A DNA stretch of 64,000 bases from Podarcis muralis. Lineage: Eukaryota. Each line of letters begins with the position of its first letter. Within the stretch, counting starts at the first letter, position 1. Below the pieces are notes generated by a model that made no database searches, was not told where the DNA came from, and worked only from the letters and a program-made list of their open reading frames with translations. Shown piece by piece: positions 23,870 through 59,327 of this stretch. Both the position numbers and the translations under genes were made by a program. Location of the stretch: contig NC_135655.1 in assembly GCF_964188315.1 (NCBI RefSeq), positions 79,546,001 through 79,610,000 on the forward strand, read 5' to 3'.

Positions 23870-25018
23870 TTACTTCCCTCTTTTAAACTTTGATGTTAGT
23901 GCACCACCACCCCTTGCTTTCTTCCTGGCGGATCCCTTGGGTTCTGGCTCTTTGCGTTTGGCTGAAGTGATGGAGCCAGTAACCTTAAAGAAGTCATCTA
24001 ATCGGCCCTGAGTACTGCCCTGGCGACTCTTGTTCAGCCTCTTGACCCCGTTGCGTATTCTTTCTTCGTTGAACTGCTTCTCCCCGCACAAGAAGTTGAC
24101 CAGCTCTTCCTCATCTGGTTCGTTCCACTTCAGATCCACAGCTTCGGGGTCGACAACTTCAGGTTCCAGGAAGAGCACCTGGGCCTCCTTGTGCAGCCAG
24201 TTCTCAGGCACAGAATACTTCTTGGCATCTATTTGCTGGAGAATCTTTTCTATGCTCTTGTGCTGCTTGATCAGCTCCACGGCCCGCTTCGGCCCAATGC
24301 CGCGGATGCTCTCGCAGTAGTCGCAGCCCAGCAGTATGCAAAGGTCCACAAACTCCTTCTGCGTGAGGCTCAAATCCTGAAGGATGCGGCTTAGGTGGAA
24401 TTCCTGAATTGGCAGCTTCTTTGCCTCACTGGCTGTAAGATGCCGCATCAGCACAGGGCTACCAAAGGTCAAGCAATCCATATCCTCCGTAGCAGCTGCA
24501 TAGACCTTGCTCGCTTTCACCAGTGCAGCACAGCTAGCTTCAGCCTCGCCAGGTGCGTCAACGTAAGGGATGCCCATCAAGGTCAGCAGCTTCTTGCACT
24601 CATCGTTGTGCTGCTTGGTCACCTTCACTAACCTCTTGCTGAACTTTTCTACATTTTCCTCCTCACCTGCCTCTTTGGCCTCTTGCAACTGCTTCTCCGC
24701 TTCAGCTCGGCGCTCGGTGCGTTTGGCTAGTTCCCCCGATTTCAGCTGTGGGGGCTTGCCATCAAAGACATAGACAGGCTTGATGCCATTTTCCACCATG
24801 CGGATGGTGCGGTAGAACATCCCCATCAGGTGGCTTGTGGTCTCGCCTTCTTCATTCTGCAGCATGTCAGCTCCCTGCCTTACAGCAATCAGGAACTGGT
24901 AAATACTCATAGACGCATCAATGGCCACCTTCCGGCCAAAGTAACTCTTAATGTCATTCTCTCGAATGGCACCAGGAGCTATATCGGCAATCAGCTTGGC
25001 CAAACCATGGATTCCCAT
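23870..25018 (-). CDS. FEN1: Flap endonuclease 1, 382 aa, single coding exon
   Basis: [12 protein letters not shown]..., XPG-N/I motifs ([37 protein letters not shown]) and PCNA-binding QGRLDDFF. 5'UTR acceptor (pyrimidine tract-CTAG) places the exon start at 25076; candidate AATAAA on - at 23500-23505. Confidence 0.98.
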   Translation of the reverse strand: MGIHGLAKLIADIAPGAIRENDIKSYFGRKVAIDASMSIYQFLIAVRQGADMLQNEEGETTSHLMGMFYRTIRMVENGIKPVYVFDGKPPQLKSGELAKRTERRAEAEKQLQEAKEAGEEENVEKFSKRLVKVTKQHNDECKKLLTLMGIPYVDAPGEAEASCAALVKASKVYAAATEDMDCLTFGSPVLMRHLTASEAKKLPIQEFHLSRILQDLSLTQKEFVDLCILLGCDYCESIRGIGPKRAVELIKQHKSIEKILQQIDAKKYSVPENWLHKEAQVLFLEPEVVDPEAVDLKWNEPDEEELVNFLCGEKQFNEERIRNGVKRLNKSRQGSTQGRLDDFFKVTGSITSAKRKEPEPKGSARKKARGGGALTSKFKRGK

Positions 25019-25878
25019 CCTGGTAACTCAGCTCAAGTTGCAGTCTGCTTCTGTGATGATACAACACGGGAGAAACCTAGAAAGTAAAACAGAAGGTGTG
25101 AACTGATGATTTAAAATGACAAGAAAGCAAAAGGTTCAGCTGTTGGATCAAGGTATAATTTTCCCTACCAATCTAAGATTAACATGTAGTGGTTATTATT
25201 TTGATGAACAACAACAACAACTTATTTATTGCTTTACACTGAAAACTCAAGGCAACATACAACAAAATTGTAATAAACTATAAATACACTATAAATAGGT
25301 TAAAAAAACTATGCTCACTAATTGATTATGTACAGACTCCAGAGAAAGAAGTGCAAATTACAAATAGGGTAAGGAATTTATTCTTTTTTCCAATTTATAT
25401 GTTGCTCTTCCTCTCAAAGGAATGTAAATTACATTCATATGCCACCCTTATTCTGCCATAGAACCCCATGGAAACCAAATGGGACACAGAGGTACATCAC
25501 ATCAACTGAGGAATGAAACCTGGGACTGGAATGACTGACTGTATCTGGGACTAGAATTAAAGGTCCAGGGACTGTCATTGCTATTCTCCATTATTTCTTC
25601 CTGCCCACTGTTAATGTGGCCTATTGCTGCAACACATCTAATTGTCTCTCAGGATCCATCTCTTGCTTTAATTGAATGGAGTCACATCACGGTTCAACTG
25701 GCATTCATGGTCCCTATTATTTCCAATGGGCATTAAGGCAGTTCAACCCCTGCCCCCTTCATATGCCCCAGCTGCAACAAAACATGTATAATAATAATAA
25801 TAATAATAATAATTTCTTATTTATACCCCGCCCATCTGGCTGGGTTTCCCCAGTCACTCTGGGCGGCTTCCAACACAA

Positions 25879-26102
25879 TACTGTGGTACCTCAGGTTAAG
25901 TACTTAATTCATTCCGGAGGTCCGTTCTTAACCTGAAACTGTTCTTAACCTAAAGCACCACTTTAGCTAATAGGGCCTCCTGCTGCTGCCGCGCAGCACA
26001 ATTTCTGTTCTCATCCTGAAGCAAAGTTCTTAACCCGAGGTACTATTTCTGGGCTAGTGGAGTCTGTAACCTGAAGCGTATGTAACCCGAGGTACCACTG
26101 TA
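25879..26102 (-). mobile_element. Tc1/mariner (Tigger-like) MITE nested in an L2 tail
   Basis: TACTGTGGTACCTCAGGTT...AACCCGAGGTACCACTGTA with TA duplication; same family as 14281-14506. Confidence 0.8.
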
Positions 26103-26822
26103 TTAAAATACAGTAATGTATCTCCCATATAGGTCAAAGCAGGTGCTGTAACTCTCCTCCAAGGGCTTGACTTCACCCCCGATAGTGCACACTCTTCCAC
26201 TGTCTCTCGAGACAGAGGATGACAACACCACCACCATTTTTTTTTAATCCAGTTGGTGGTTCAGAAATCCTCTTGTAAGCAAAATAAGAGACAGCCAACC
26301 CAGAGGACTCTTACTCGTTTCGCCCGTCTCAGACTGCGGTCTCGCAGGCATTTAACCGGGGAGCCAGTGCCGCTGAACTCCGTGGGACTGACCTCCGAGT
26401 GGACCCTGAGAGCCGGCCTACGCCGCCCGCCCAGCTGTCCCGCCCTGAATGTAATGGGGCTGCTGCATCAACCTCCCGCCTTCGCCCTTCCACGCCAGCC
26501 TCCCTCCCTGCGGGGCAGGTTTCTGCCCGGGGCCGCGGCAGGGCGAGGGCGAACGCGGCTCCCTCCCTCCCAGCCGGCCCTTTCCTCCGCCACCTCTCCC
26601 CTCCCAGCCACGCAGAACGCGCGAGGGGCTGGTATTTGGGGTACCTTCCACTGCCACCTGCTCCCTCGCAGCCACGCGCGACCGAAGACCCGGCTGAGGA
26701 CTCGGCAAAGCCAATCAGCGCCTCCCTTTTGGCGCCTTCTGAATCCCGCGCTCAGAGCATCAAAGAAGGCAGGGCGGGCGAGGCGCCTGCTGGCTTCTGG
26801 GAAACGTAGTCCACGCGCTCAC

Positions 26823-26950
26823 CGGCTTTTCCTGGTGGCCCGCTTCAGAGGTCTGAACGGACCACAATTCCCAGCAGGCCGTGCATGCGTGAGGCCTCTA
26901 TCCCTCCTCCTTCTTCGTCCGGAGGGGGTGGGGGAAGAAGATGACAGTCG
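26823..26950 (-). other. FEN1: Probable non-coding first exon of FEN1 (5' boundary approximate)
   Basis: Minus-strand donor CCG|GTGAGC at 26823/26822 inside the CpG island; an alternative donor CGA|GTAAGA lies near 26314. The vertebrate FEN1 5'UTR has one intron. Confidence 0.4.
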
Positions 26951-27047
26951 GACTTCCGGCGGGGAAAGGGCTGAGCCTGCGCCGGAAGAAGAGACGTGTC
27001 CTTCCGCCACCTGTGAGGAGAAGCCACGGGAAGCGCCGGACAGAGCC

Positions 27048-28596
<1,549 letters not shown>

Positions 28597-29988
28597 CAAA
28601 GTCAGGAGCTTTCTCAGGTAAGAAATTAATACCTGATTCCACAATGAGAGTTTTTTGGAACAAATTTGAGGGAATTTCCCAGAAAATATTAGGATTGAAT
28701 TGTTAATTTGGTTTAAATGTTATATTGAAATAACATTCAGAGTTTCAGTTTGGTATTCACTTTGTTGGAAAATGTGCAACTATTTTAAGACTTCCATACT
28801 TCCATACAATCATTTATATTGTAAGGGGGAGAAATGAAGGCAATGAAAATTTTTGAGATACTAAACATGGCTAAGCATGTTTTGGGCAGGGGCAGGTTCT
28901 TTGGCAGAACAACCGCTGCTATGGGCAGGGCAGGTGGTGGTGAGGAGTTCCCCCTCCTGTTGGAAAAATAGCTATGCCAGCCCCAGAGCTAGATAGTGTG
29001 GAGCCAATTTTGCAGGCATGTCGGGAGTGAGGGAGCTTTGGATCCTGCAGATCTATCGCTACTACTACCACCTCCAATGCCTTATTTTTCCCACAACTGC
29101 CAGAATATCGCTGGCTGTACATCTGTTATGGCAGAGCTTTACTCAGGAGTATCCAGTGGGTAGATGTTGCCATGTCGCCAGTGCAGTAAGACCCACACTG
29201 CTTCTTAAGGCCCCTCCGCCTGTCTTTGGCTGGCTAAAGGACTGCAGTAATCCAAAGACATGTTAGGGATCTCTATTATTATGTGTGCATTCATACTTCC
29301 CAGAAGCAGTTGCTTTGCAACTGTTTAAAACTGCAAATGTGATTAGTATTGTGTCCAACAATTATGTTACTAATTTGTCTTGCAAAACAATGGAAGTTTA
29401 GAAATGGAAAGTTCTCTGTGGGAGGAAAGATTATAGAAAAATGTATTCCCCAGGATATGGATATAGGGTGCACACACCATATAGTAGGCTGTCTGGTGCT
29501 TATTTAATAGTTCTATTTTAATGTGTAGAGTTCTGGCTTTTCTAAAGCTGAGTTTTTACCAGGCATGCTTGTGAATATAGACAAAGCCTTGTGTAGCATA
29601 TTGCAACTACTTCACAAAGGATGTAGCAGGTAACAAAATGATGTGAACCTATCGGCATCTGCACAGTAAAATACAGTTGCTGAGCCTCTCTCTCTTAGTG
29701 CTCTTCGAACTGCAACATGTGCAATAGTGAGCAGTTTTGTATCAGGTAGTTGCATTTGTCTGCCCCTTACCGTTAGTCACAACAATCTAAATTTAAAAAG
29801 CAAGAACGAAAGGCACAAATTATGAGGACAACTTCCCAGGCACGTAGAGCATAGAAGCCCCTCTAATTGTCAAGGCCTTGTTTGGCTCCCCTGCTTGTAT
29901 GTTTCCGTTTCCAACAGCAATATAGAAAACTATAATAGCCTGGGTACTTCAGAAAATAGTTTGATCCATTTGTTGTTTTTCCTTTCAG

Positions 29989-30130
29989 GTTCCAGCAGCC
30001 TTACTGAAGCTCTTTTTTATTTTTGTACGTAATGCAGCTCTTTGCAGCTTGGGCCTGCATAATCTTGATATATGGTTATAGCCCAGGGTCGCAACATCGG
30101 ACCAATAAAGCTGACTCTGTGATGAGCTGA
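29989..30130 (+). other. TMEM258: Probable non-coding last exon of TMEM258 (3' end approximate)
   Basis: Strong acceptor TTGTTGTTTTTCCTTTCAG|G at 29988/29989; AATAAA at 30104-30109. Confidence 0.55.
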
Positions 30131-30461
30131 AGTTTGTGTTCTTTGTTCTTTGCGTGCACTTTTCTGCTGTATATGAAGACCCATAGGCCTACACCCGCTA
30201 CAGGAGAGAAGGTACAAAGCAACAGAAATTGCTCTTTGAATAGGATGGATATAGGGGACACATAGTAATCATATGCCTGAAGGAATATTTTATCTCAACT
30301 TTTAAGAAATAAGCAATTGTGACAACAGTCAGAATTTCATGAGACTGTAAATGTTGACATATCAGACTTTCCACTGCTGTGAGCAGGCTTTCAAACCAAC
30401 CTTTAAGCACAAATGAACTTTTTCTTTTGCACACACAGTATGCTGGATACCAAACAGAAAG

Positions 30462-30795
30462 GGGAGCAGGTGGTGCTGTGGTCTGAACCACTGAGCCTCT
30501 TGGGCTTGCTGAGCTCCTGTTGCTCTGTCCCAGCTTCTGCCGACCTAACAGTTCAAAAGCACACCAGTGCAAGTAGATAAATAAGTACCACTGTGGTGGG
30601 AAGGTAAACGGTGTTTCCATGCGCTCTGGCACTTGCCATGGTGTTCCATTGCGCCAGAAGCAATTTAGTCATACATGACCCGGAAAGCTGTCTGTGGACA
30701 AACTTTGGCTCCTTCGGCCTGAAGATAAGTGCTGCACCCCATAGACACCTTTGACTGGACTTAACTGTCCAGAGGTTCTTTACATTTACCTTTTA
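30462..30795 (+). mobile_element. Sauria SINE
   Basis: Typical head GGTGGTGCTGTGGTCTGAACCACTGAGCCTCTTGGGCTTG, core GCACACCAGTGCAAGTAGATAAATAAGTACC, CATGACCCGGAAAGCTGTCTGTGGACAAAC, and TTTACC-type tail. Confidence 0.88.
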
Positions 30796-33700
30796 CTACA
30801 CAAAGCATCCACACTCATTTTTCTTCCCTTCTTTCTGTTCTTTACTGAGAGAGAGCCAATGGACTCAGAAGTACTGTAAATCCTACTTAGTTCAGTGGGA
30901 CATATTCCCATGTAGGTAAATAAACTCATTTCAGAGTAAGTCCCACTGAATGCAGTGGGACGTATTTCTGATTAAAAAAGGCACATAGGATCACAGCTGT
31001 GGTAGGCACTAGAGCTGAGATGCTCCACTTCTGGATCAACATGCAGAAAAGGGCAGGCTACAATATTTGGGGCTCTTCAGCTTAAGGGGAAAGCCCGTTA
31101 AATAAAGGTGTCTGTGTGTGTCATGAGTAATGTCTATACAATTGTGCAAAGTGGAGTGTGTGTGTGTGTGTGTAATACAGATAGATAAATCATCTCCTCC
31201 CTACTACTTATTGTTTTGTCTCCATATTGATTTTTCCTCTCAGATTGTGGTTTAAAGAATAATCTTTAGAGATGTCAGTTCCTTTTACTGCATTGCATTA
31301 AACTGCAGAGGCTAAAATAACAAGCTGTCTTGAGGACATCACTGACTCTGAGCTACCTTTAAACTACAAGAGCTGGCAACAGGCTTTAAAAATAAAAATC
31401 CCAAGGCTATAGTAATTAAGAATGTATATCAGAAACGAGGCTAGTAAAAGACATGTAGCCCATGGATTAGTGAGTGTAGTTTTGGTTAATTGCTTTCTCT
31501 CAATTCCATGTTTTAACTAAATCCTTAATGAAAACTGCATTTTGCTCTTATAACTAAATGGCATTGAGTTCAAATTGAAAATAGCTGTGTTAACTGAATG
31601 TTTCTGTAGGCAGTGGTAGTCCAATACTGAAGGCATAGATTTTTTTATATAGTGATGTATGACTCTCACACAGATATTTCTTCTCTAAAATGTCTGCTGA
31701 CTTGTGTGCATGTAACTGGGCTTACTCTGGTAGTACAAATGCACTTCTTGCTTCAGAAATTCTCTTTTTACCCACAAAAAACTTTGCTTAGAGCCCCTAC
31801 CATAACATTACTTGTAATAATTCAGTTCTGTGAATTGGAGGAAGAAGCCATGAGCCAATCTTGGATACAAAGTAGTATACTTATATATTTATTTTTATAG
31901 GTACATTTCTTATGAATAAAAGGTCTAGGTAAGCAAAACAAGAAGTAGAGGAGTTCTGGGCACCAGCACTCCAAAACAAAATATAAATACAGATCAGAAA
32001 AGCAGATGGTAGGGGGAAAAGCAACCACACATGTCCTCCACCAAAGCAAAATAACAATAAAACTTCATTAATATAGTACGTACTACAGATATGACTCTGA
32101 ATTGGGGGCAATATACAGTGATTAAAGCTGTGATAGCAACATTTAAAACAAAACAAATTAGTGCTTTATCTTCCTTAAGGCTCACAGTGGTGGCACAAAA
32201 CTTTTATTTACAGGCTTTGAGCTTTTTCTTTAAACAACAACAAAAAGACAAAAGGCTTATGAATTTTCCTTGGAGAACTCATTCCCAGCCCCTCGATACA
32301 GCCAGACTTTAAAAGTTGGCTCCATATCCACCCTTGATTTTATTCTTGACTCCCCAAATGGCTAGAGAGATATGGCTTCATGTTCCGGTTCTAAGGAAGA
32401 AGAATTTCCTCCTAGGTCAGAAGCACCGGAACAGAGCTCCCTCCATCAGATGCAGGAAAACATCCAGTTGTTAATCGTCCTTCTATTTGGGGAGGGTATG
32501 TAATTGGTGCAGGTAGGGAGAACATTTCCCGAGACAGGCGAGTAGCATCAAGATGCTGAGCTGGCCAGTCCAGGTGATGTCTATGATACCAGTTCAAACA
32601 TGGGCAGGTAACACCTTGCTATAGAACGCCTACTCTTTAATGCTGGTAGTCACCTTGCCCACCCCAATACTGTGAAGCACTTTGGGATTAAAAAAAAAGT
32701 GCTATATCGATAAAAGTAAGTAGTTGTAGCAGTTTTAAACAATAAAACCATTAAAACTGTAATGTAAAGAGTGCTACTGTTACAAAGGATTATGCATATC
32801 GGATTCTCAGCACGAATGTGAATGTACCAGTGAAAATATTTGACACATACACAGCCCTTCTCTCCAATGCCACCTGATAAGACCAGGAGAAGAAGAAAGT
32901 GATTGGTTAATTTACTTCTGATGTCACTGTGTCCCTGCTGCCCTCACCCTGATCTTGATCGGTAACAAACTATGGATGAATGGTTTTATACATTTAATGC
33001 ACTGGGGAGTGGGTAAGGGGATAGTCCGGTCAAAATGTGAATGTCCTCACCAGATTGTTTTTAACCCAGCGGTTTCTTAACCACTAGTCTAAAGACTTCT
33101 TATTGCTGGTCTGTAGAAAGGAGTCTGCTTAAGCCTCCTGCTGCTGCTCAGGAGGAGAGCACCAAAACAGTGACCCACCAGGCCTAAGATGCCTCTCAGT
33201 CATTAAGCAACAGGTCCTTCCTCCTCTATGAGCTGCTTCTTGCAGGGTGGTTTCTTCCCACTGCTGGAGTGTCCTAGGAAGCCCCAAAGGCCATGTTTGT
33301 TCTGCAGCTCCTCCCCACACCGTTTGGGTTGGCAATACAGGGAGGAGCTCCGGCACAAGCACCTCCAGTGGAGCACCAGATTCTCCCTTTGCTGAGAAGT
33401 GTGACGGGAGGAGAGGCTCCATTTTGGCTCCCATTCTGCTGGAGTTAAAAAAAATAATCAAAAATTCAGCCTACGTGGAAAAAACAGGCAATTGGCACAT
33501 GGGCCACAGAACACGGAGAGGAAGAGCAGCCTCTTGTTGCTAGGAAATTGGAGCGTTGCCAGCCCCTGCAAGATCCTGACTTTCTAATACCAAGTTGAGA
33601 AGAATTATCTGAATATTGTCCACGGCCAAGTACATTTTTTTGACACTCCAATCGTGCTCAAGAACAACTGTGCTTTAGCTGGGGGCGTTGCTGGATGCCT

Positions 33701-34144
33701 GCATGGTGAAGAGTCTTTTGGTACTGAACCTCCATGGATGATCAAAGCACATGCTTTGTGGACAAAGTAAGAAAGACCCCCGACAAATAACTCAGCAGGC
33801 ATGGACCAATAGGAACAGCACTAGAAGATTGTGGTGGATTTAGCTGGGTAGCACCATTGTCTCTGTGAAGTATCTGCATAACCCTGCAGGTACAGTACTT
33901 TCACATGGTAAACACATGTTGTCCTATATAAGCTTCCTGTCTCACATGCCTTTGTCAGTTAATCTTGGGAGAGATTAAGGGAGGAGTGGGGAATGGCTTT
34001 TCAGCCTGCATTAACTTCTGTGGGCCATGTGCCAATGGTAGGCAGGGCCAGATGCAAAAGTGAGCAGAGCAATGACTGTCAATGCAGATCTCACTTTTGT
34101 ACAGTAGGCTAATTTCCATATATACTCAGACACCTCTCTTATCT

Positions 34145-34472
34145 TCCAGCCAGCTAAGCAAGATACCTGAAGGAGCGTCTCCATCCGCAATGTTCAGCCC
34201 AGATACTGAGGTCCAGCTCCTTGGGCTTTCTGGCGGTTCCCTCACTGCGAGATGTGAGGTTACAGGGAACCAGGCAGAGGGCCTTCTTGGTGGTGGTGCC
34301 CACCCTGTGGAATGCCCTCCCACCAGATGTCAAGGAAATAAACAACTATCTGACTTTTAGAAGACCTCTGAAGGCAGCCCTGTTTAGGGAAGTTTTTAAT
34401 GTTTGATGTTTTATTCTGTTTTTAATCTGTTGGGAGCCGCCCAGAGTGGCTGGGGAAACTATTATTATAGAT
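34145..34472 (+). mobile_element. L2 LINE 3' fragment
   Basis: GTRQRAFLVVVPTLWNALPPDVKEINNYLTFRRPLKAALF, then GTTGGGAGCCGCCCAGAGTGGCTGGGGAAAC. Confidence 0.82.
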
Positions 34473-37400
34473 GCATTATTAGAGCTCAAGGACACAGTCC
34501 AACCTGGCAGAAACACTTGTGAAGCGAGGCCAGTAAGGAGTGTGTCTTGACGGGAGAGAAGGCCAAGGGGTAGCTTTTGTTAAAGTGAATCCCATCAGGT
34601 GGCAGGTAGGCAGGGCAAAGCTTCCTCAAGCATTTCCTCTAACAAATCTTATACTGGTCACTGACACTGGCTCATTACAATGATCCCCCAAAGGTTTGTG
34701 AAGGATAATGAGATCTCCCCATAGCTCAGGTTTTTGTGTGTGTGTGTGTGTGTCTTACCTAAAAAGAAAAAGGCAATAGCCTCTATCCTGGGAGGGTGGT
34801 GTGTAGATGTGTGGCAGACTAAGACTCCACAGCAATTCAATGAAGTTTAGGTTAAGATCGCCCTTTCCACCCCGTCCGCGTTGGCTCTACCAGACATGTG
34901 TTGGAGTTGCGGCAGGGGCAGAGGAAAGGGTGGGTGGGGGGAACCCACAGCAGTGGTACGGTAATTCTAAGGGTCTTCAGATGGGGCTCCCAGATACTGC
35001 AGATCTGTTTAGGAGGAACATAGGAGGGGGAGAGAGAAGCAGGGGCTGTAAGGAGAAGCAGGAGTGCTTGCTTGTCAGTAACAGGCTGTTTCACAAGGGA
35101 GATTTCAACCAGTTTTGCATTGCCGGCATTCAATGCAAGAACATTTTCACAAGTAACATTGAGTAACAGTGCTAACCTACACCCCTCTGCCCAGAAGTAA
35201 GTCCCAACAAATTCAATGGGATTTACTGAAGAGGTAAGAGTATAGAATTGCTACGAAACAGATTTCTGCACTTCTTTCACTAGGAAGGAAACCCCTCCTT
35301 GGCTGCACTAAATGCCACTAACAGATTACATGACCCAGTCTGACTGATGGGGCAAAATGAGACGTTAATAAGGGGGACATAACTCCAAGTCTCTTATTGT
35401 GCCTGTTTGTTTCCCCTCTGTTCAGCAATGGTGCCACCTGGTGGTGAGCACTAGCAATTGCAACTACATTTCTCATATCCTTGTTCCTTGTGAAGACAGC
35501 CCACAGCCATTATCAGATGCTATCAGTGCCCTTGTTCTGCTGGGTCTCCAATATCTTCCCCAGCCCATGCCTGTGTGCCCCTCTCGGCTGCTTCTAATGA
35601 ATGGTAGTTCCTCAGTGGCAGGTGCCATTTCCCCTTATGCCCATTCATGGAATGTGCAGCATTGTAAGGAAAAGTGGCAACCGTCACTGGGCCACCAACA
35701 GACACTGCAGACATTATCTACACATTTTTATTACTTTTATGCCACTTTTACTGTTCCAGCTCCCTTCAAAGAATCCTGTGAATCATAGCTTACTGGGGGT
35801 GCTGAAAAATTTATGTGAGAACTCCCCAAACAGAACTATGGTTACCAGAGTTCTCTGGGCAAAGGGGTTGACTATTAAATCTGTAATGTGAGCTGAGAGC
35901 AGCAAATGTGAAACTGGTGATAACTGGGGATGGGGGCGGGCGGGCCTGCCTACCTGGGCAATTTCATTACTACTAATAAAATGGCAGATCCATCCAGGAA
36001 TGCAGGCACCCATACACATTTCACCAACACAGAGATAAACCCAGTCACCATCATAACGTGGATTCCTACCTTAACACAGTTGTTCCTTTCAGTTTATAAT
36101 AATCTGATTTAAAAACCATCAGTGCTTGGTCATTAGAATTAAACCAAAGGCAAGTATGTTTATATCTGTGGATTTGCAGATTGATAACCTGATTCAGAAT
36201 ATATGAGCAGTCCCAGCAGCTAACCATTTTGCTTCTTATCTTTCCCATCCCTGTCCTCTCATCTTCCCTAAGTTGCTGGTCACACTCTTGCACAGAAATC
36301 TAAATAACCCGTTTTACAAAAAACAAAAAGAGAGCTTGACTGAGTTGGCCTGTCCTTCCTTCCTCTGAATGGAAGTTAAAGGCCTGAAATGCTGGGTGGT
36401 TGTGCTTGTGCATCTGTCTTAACTCCTTGCACTTCCCCGATTCAAAATGCGGACTCAGGCTGGTGCCCAGCGACAGCCCGCTTTGGTTTCCTATGAGAGA
36501 CAAGTGGATCAATAATCAAACAAGCTGATCTTGTGTGGTGGGGGAGGGGGAAATATCAGTGGTTTAGCAAGTTAACACCTTGTAACAGTAAGTTACCCAA
36601 AATACACCCAAAATATTCTTAAGAATGCCAAGGAGGCTTAAGGTCTGGAGTGAAAAAAATGTTCTGTTTGTTGCCTGACAAGTGACCCCTTGGGGATCGA
36701 AACACTTTTCAGTCTGGATATACGTTTAGTGTATACTATACGTTCTGATGGCCTCCCTCTTCAACTTCAGGGATGGTCTCCTGCTGAGCAAGGGCCGTGC
36801 CATGTGCTTGTTGGGCTGAAAGGCATTTTTTGCTGCTCTCAATGTGTGGGCCTCGGGAGGAGCCCTAGGATGCCAATGCATATTATATCAGTCCAGAGGC
36901 AAAGCTCAGACACTGCTTTCCTCAAGTAGATTTGAGCTTGCTTCTTCAGAAGCGTATTTATCCAATCCTGAAAAAAGGCACATTGGGAATAAAACTAGCC
37001 TGCCTGAGAGTTGGTTTTGTGAGGTTACTGAGGTCTTCTCTCCCTGGAATGTAACTATATGGCGAGAGAGAGAGGGAGGGGGGAAGCCAGAGGCAAATCC
37101 CATTGCTTTTCCATTGGTTGATGCTGTTTGAAACGACTGGTCATTTGTGTGTTCCAGTGTCACCAGGACTTCTGCAGAGCATAAGTTAAAGAGAGAAGAG
37201 GCTAGCTGCCAGCCAGAAGGTCAGAAACTCCAGTGTATGACTTGCAAACACAGCCAGGCAGAATATTCCTTTTACAGAAAGAATTCCAGTGTTTCAGCTT
37301 TAGAGAAGGACTCCCAGCGTCATCGTTGAGAAACGCCAGTGTCTAAGAAAGCCGCTTCGTTGGCTCTCTGGGTGCTGAGATCTCTTCCCAGCTGAACTGT

Positions 37401-37790
37401 ATTTTGTAGTTCTGAGGTGCCCAAAGACATTGAATCCAGGCATGGCTCCAGTGTAGAACTTTCAAATCCAGTGTAAAAATGTGGAAAAAGAAGGAATGTC
37501 GATGTCTCTACAACAAGTAAGGCCTTTGGAGGACTGAATGACGAGCATCTGGCATGTCAAGGGGGAAAAAGATGCCTCAGTATTTCCATGTTTTGCTTGC
37601 TAGTGGCATCGTTCCCCCAAAGTTGTTTGGCATTCTAATGTTGATATTCCACCGCAGGGTGGGGTGGGGGAGAACCACACCAGCTGATGACAGAGGCAAC
37701 AGGATAGGACTTGGGGGAGGGAACATCCAGTCCAATGAGCCATGTGGGCCCATTTCAGTTCCAGTCCAAGGGCAGTGGTGCTCCCGAGAC

Positions 37791-59327
<21,537 letters not shown>

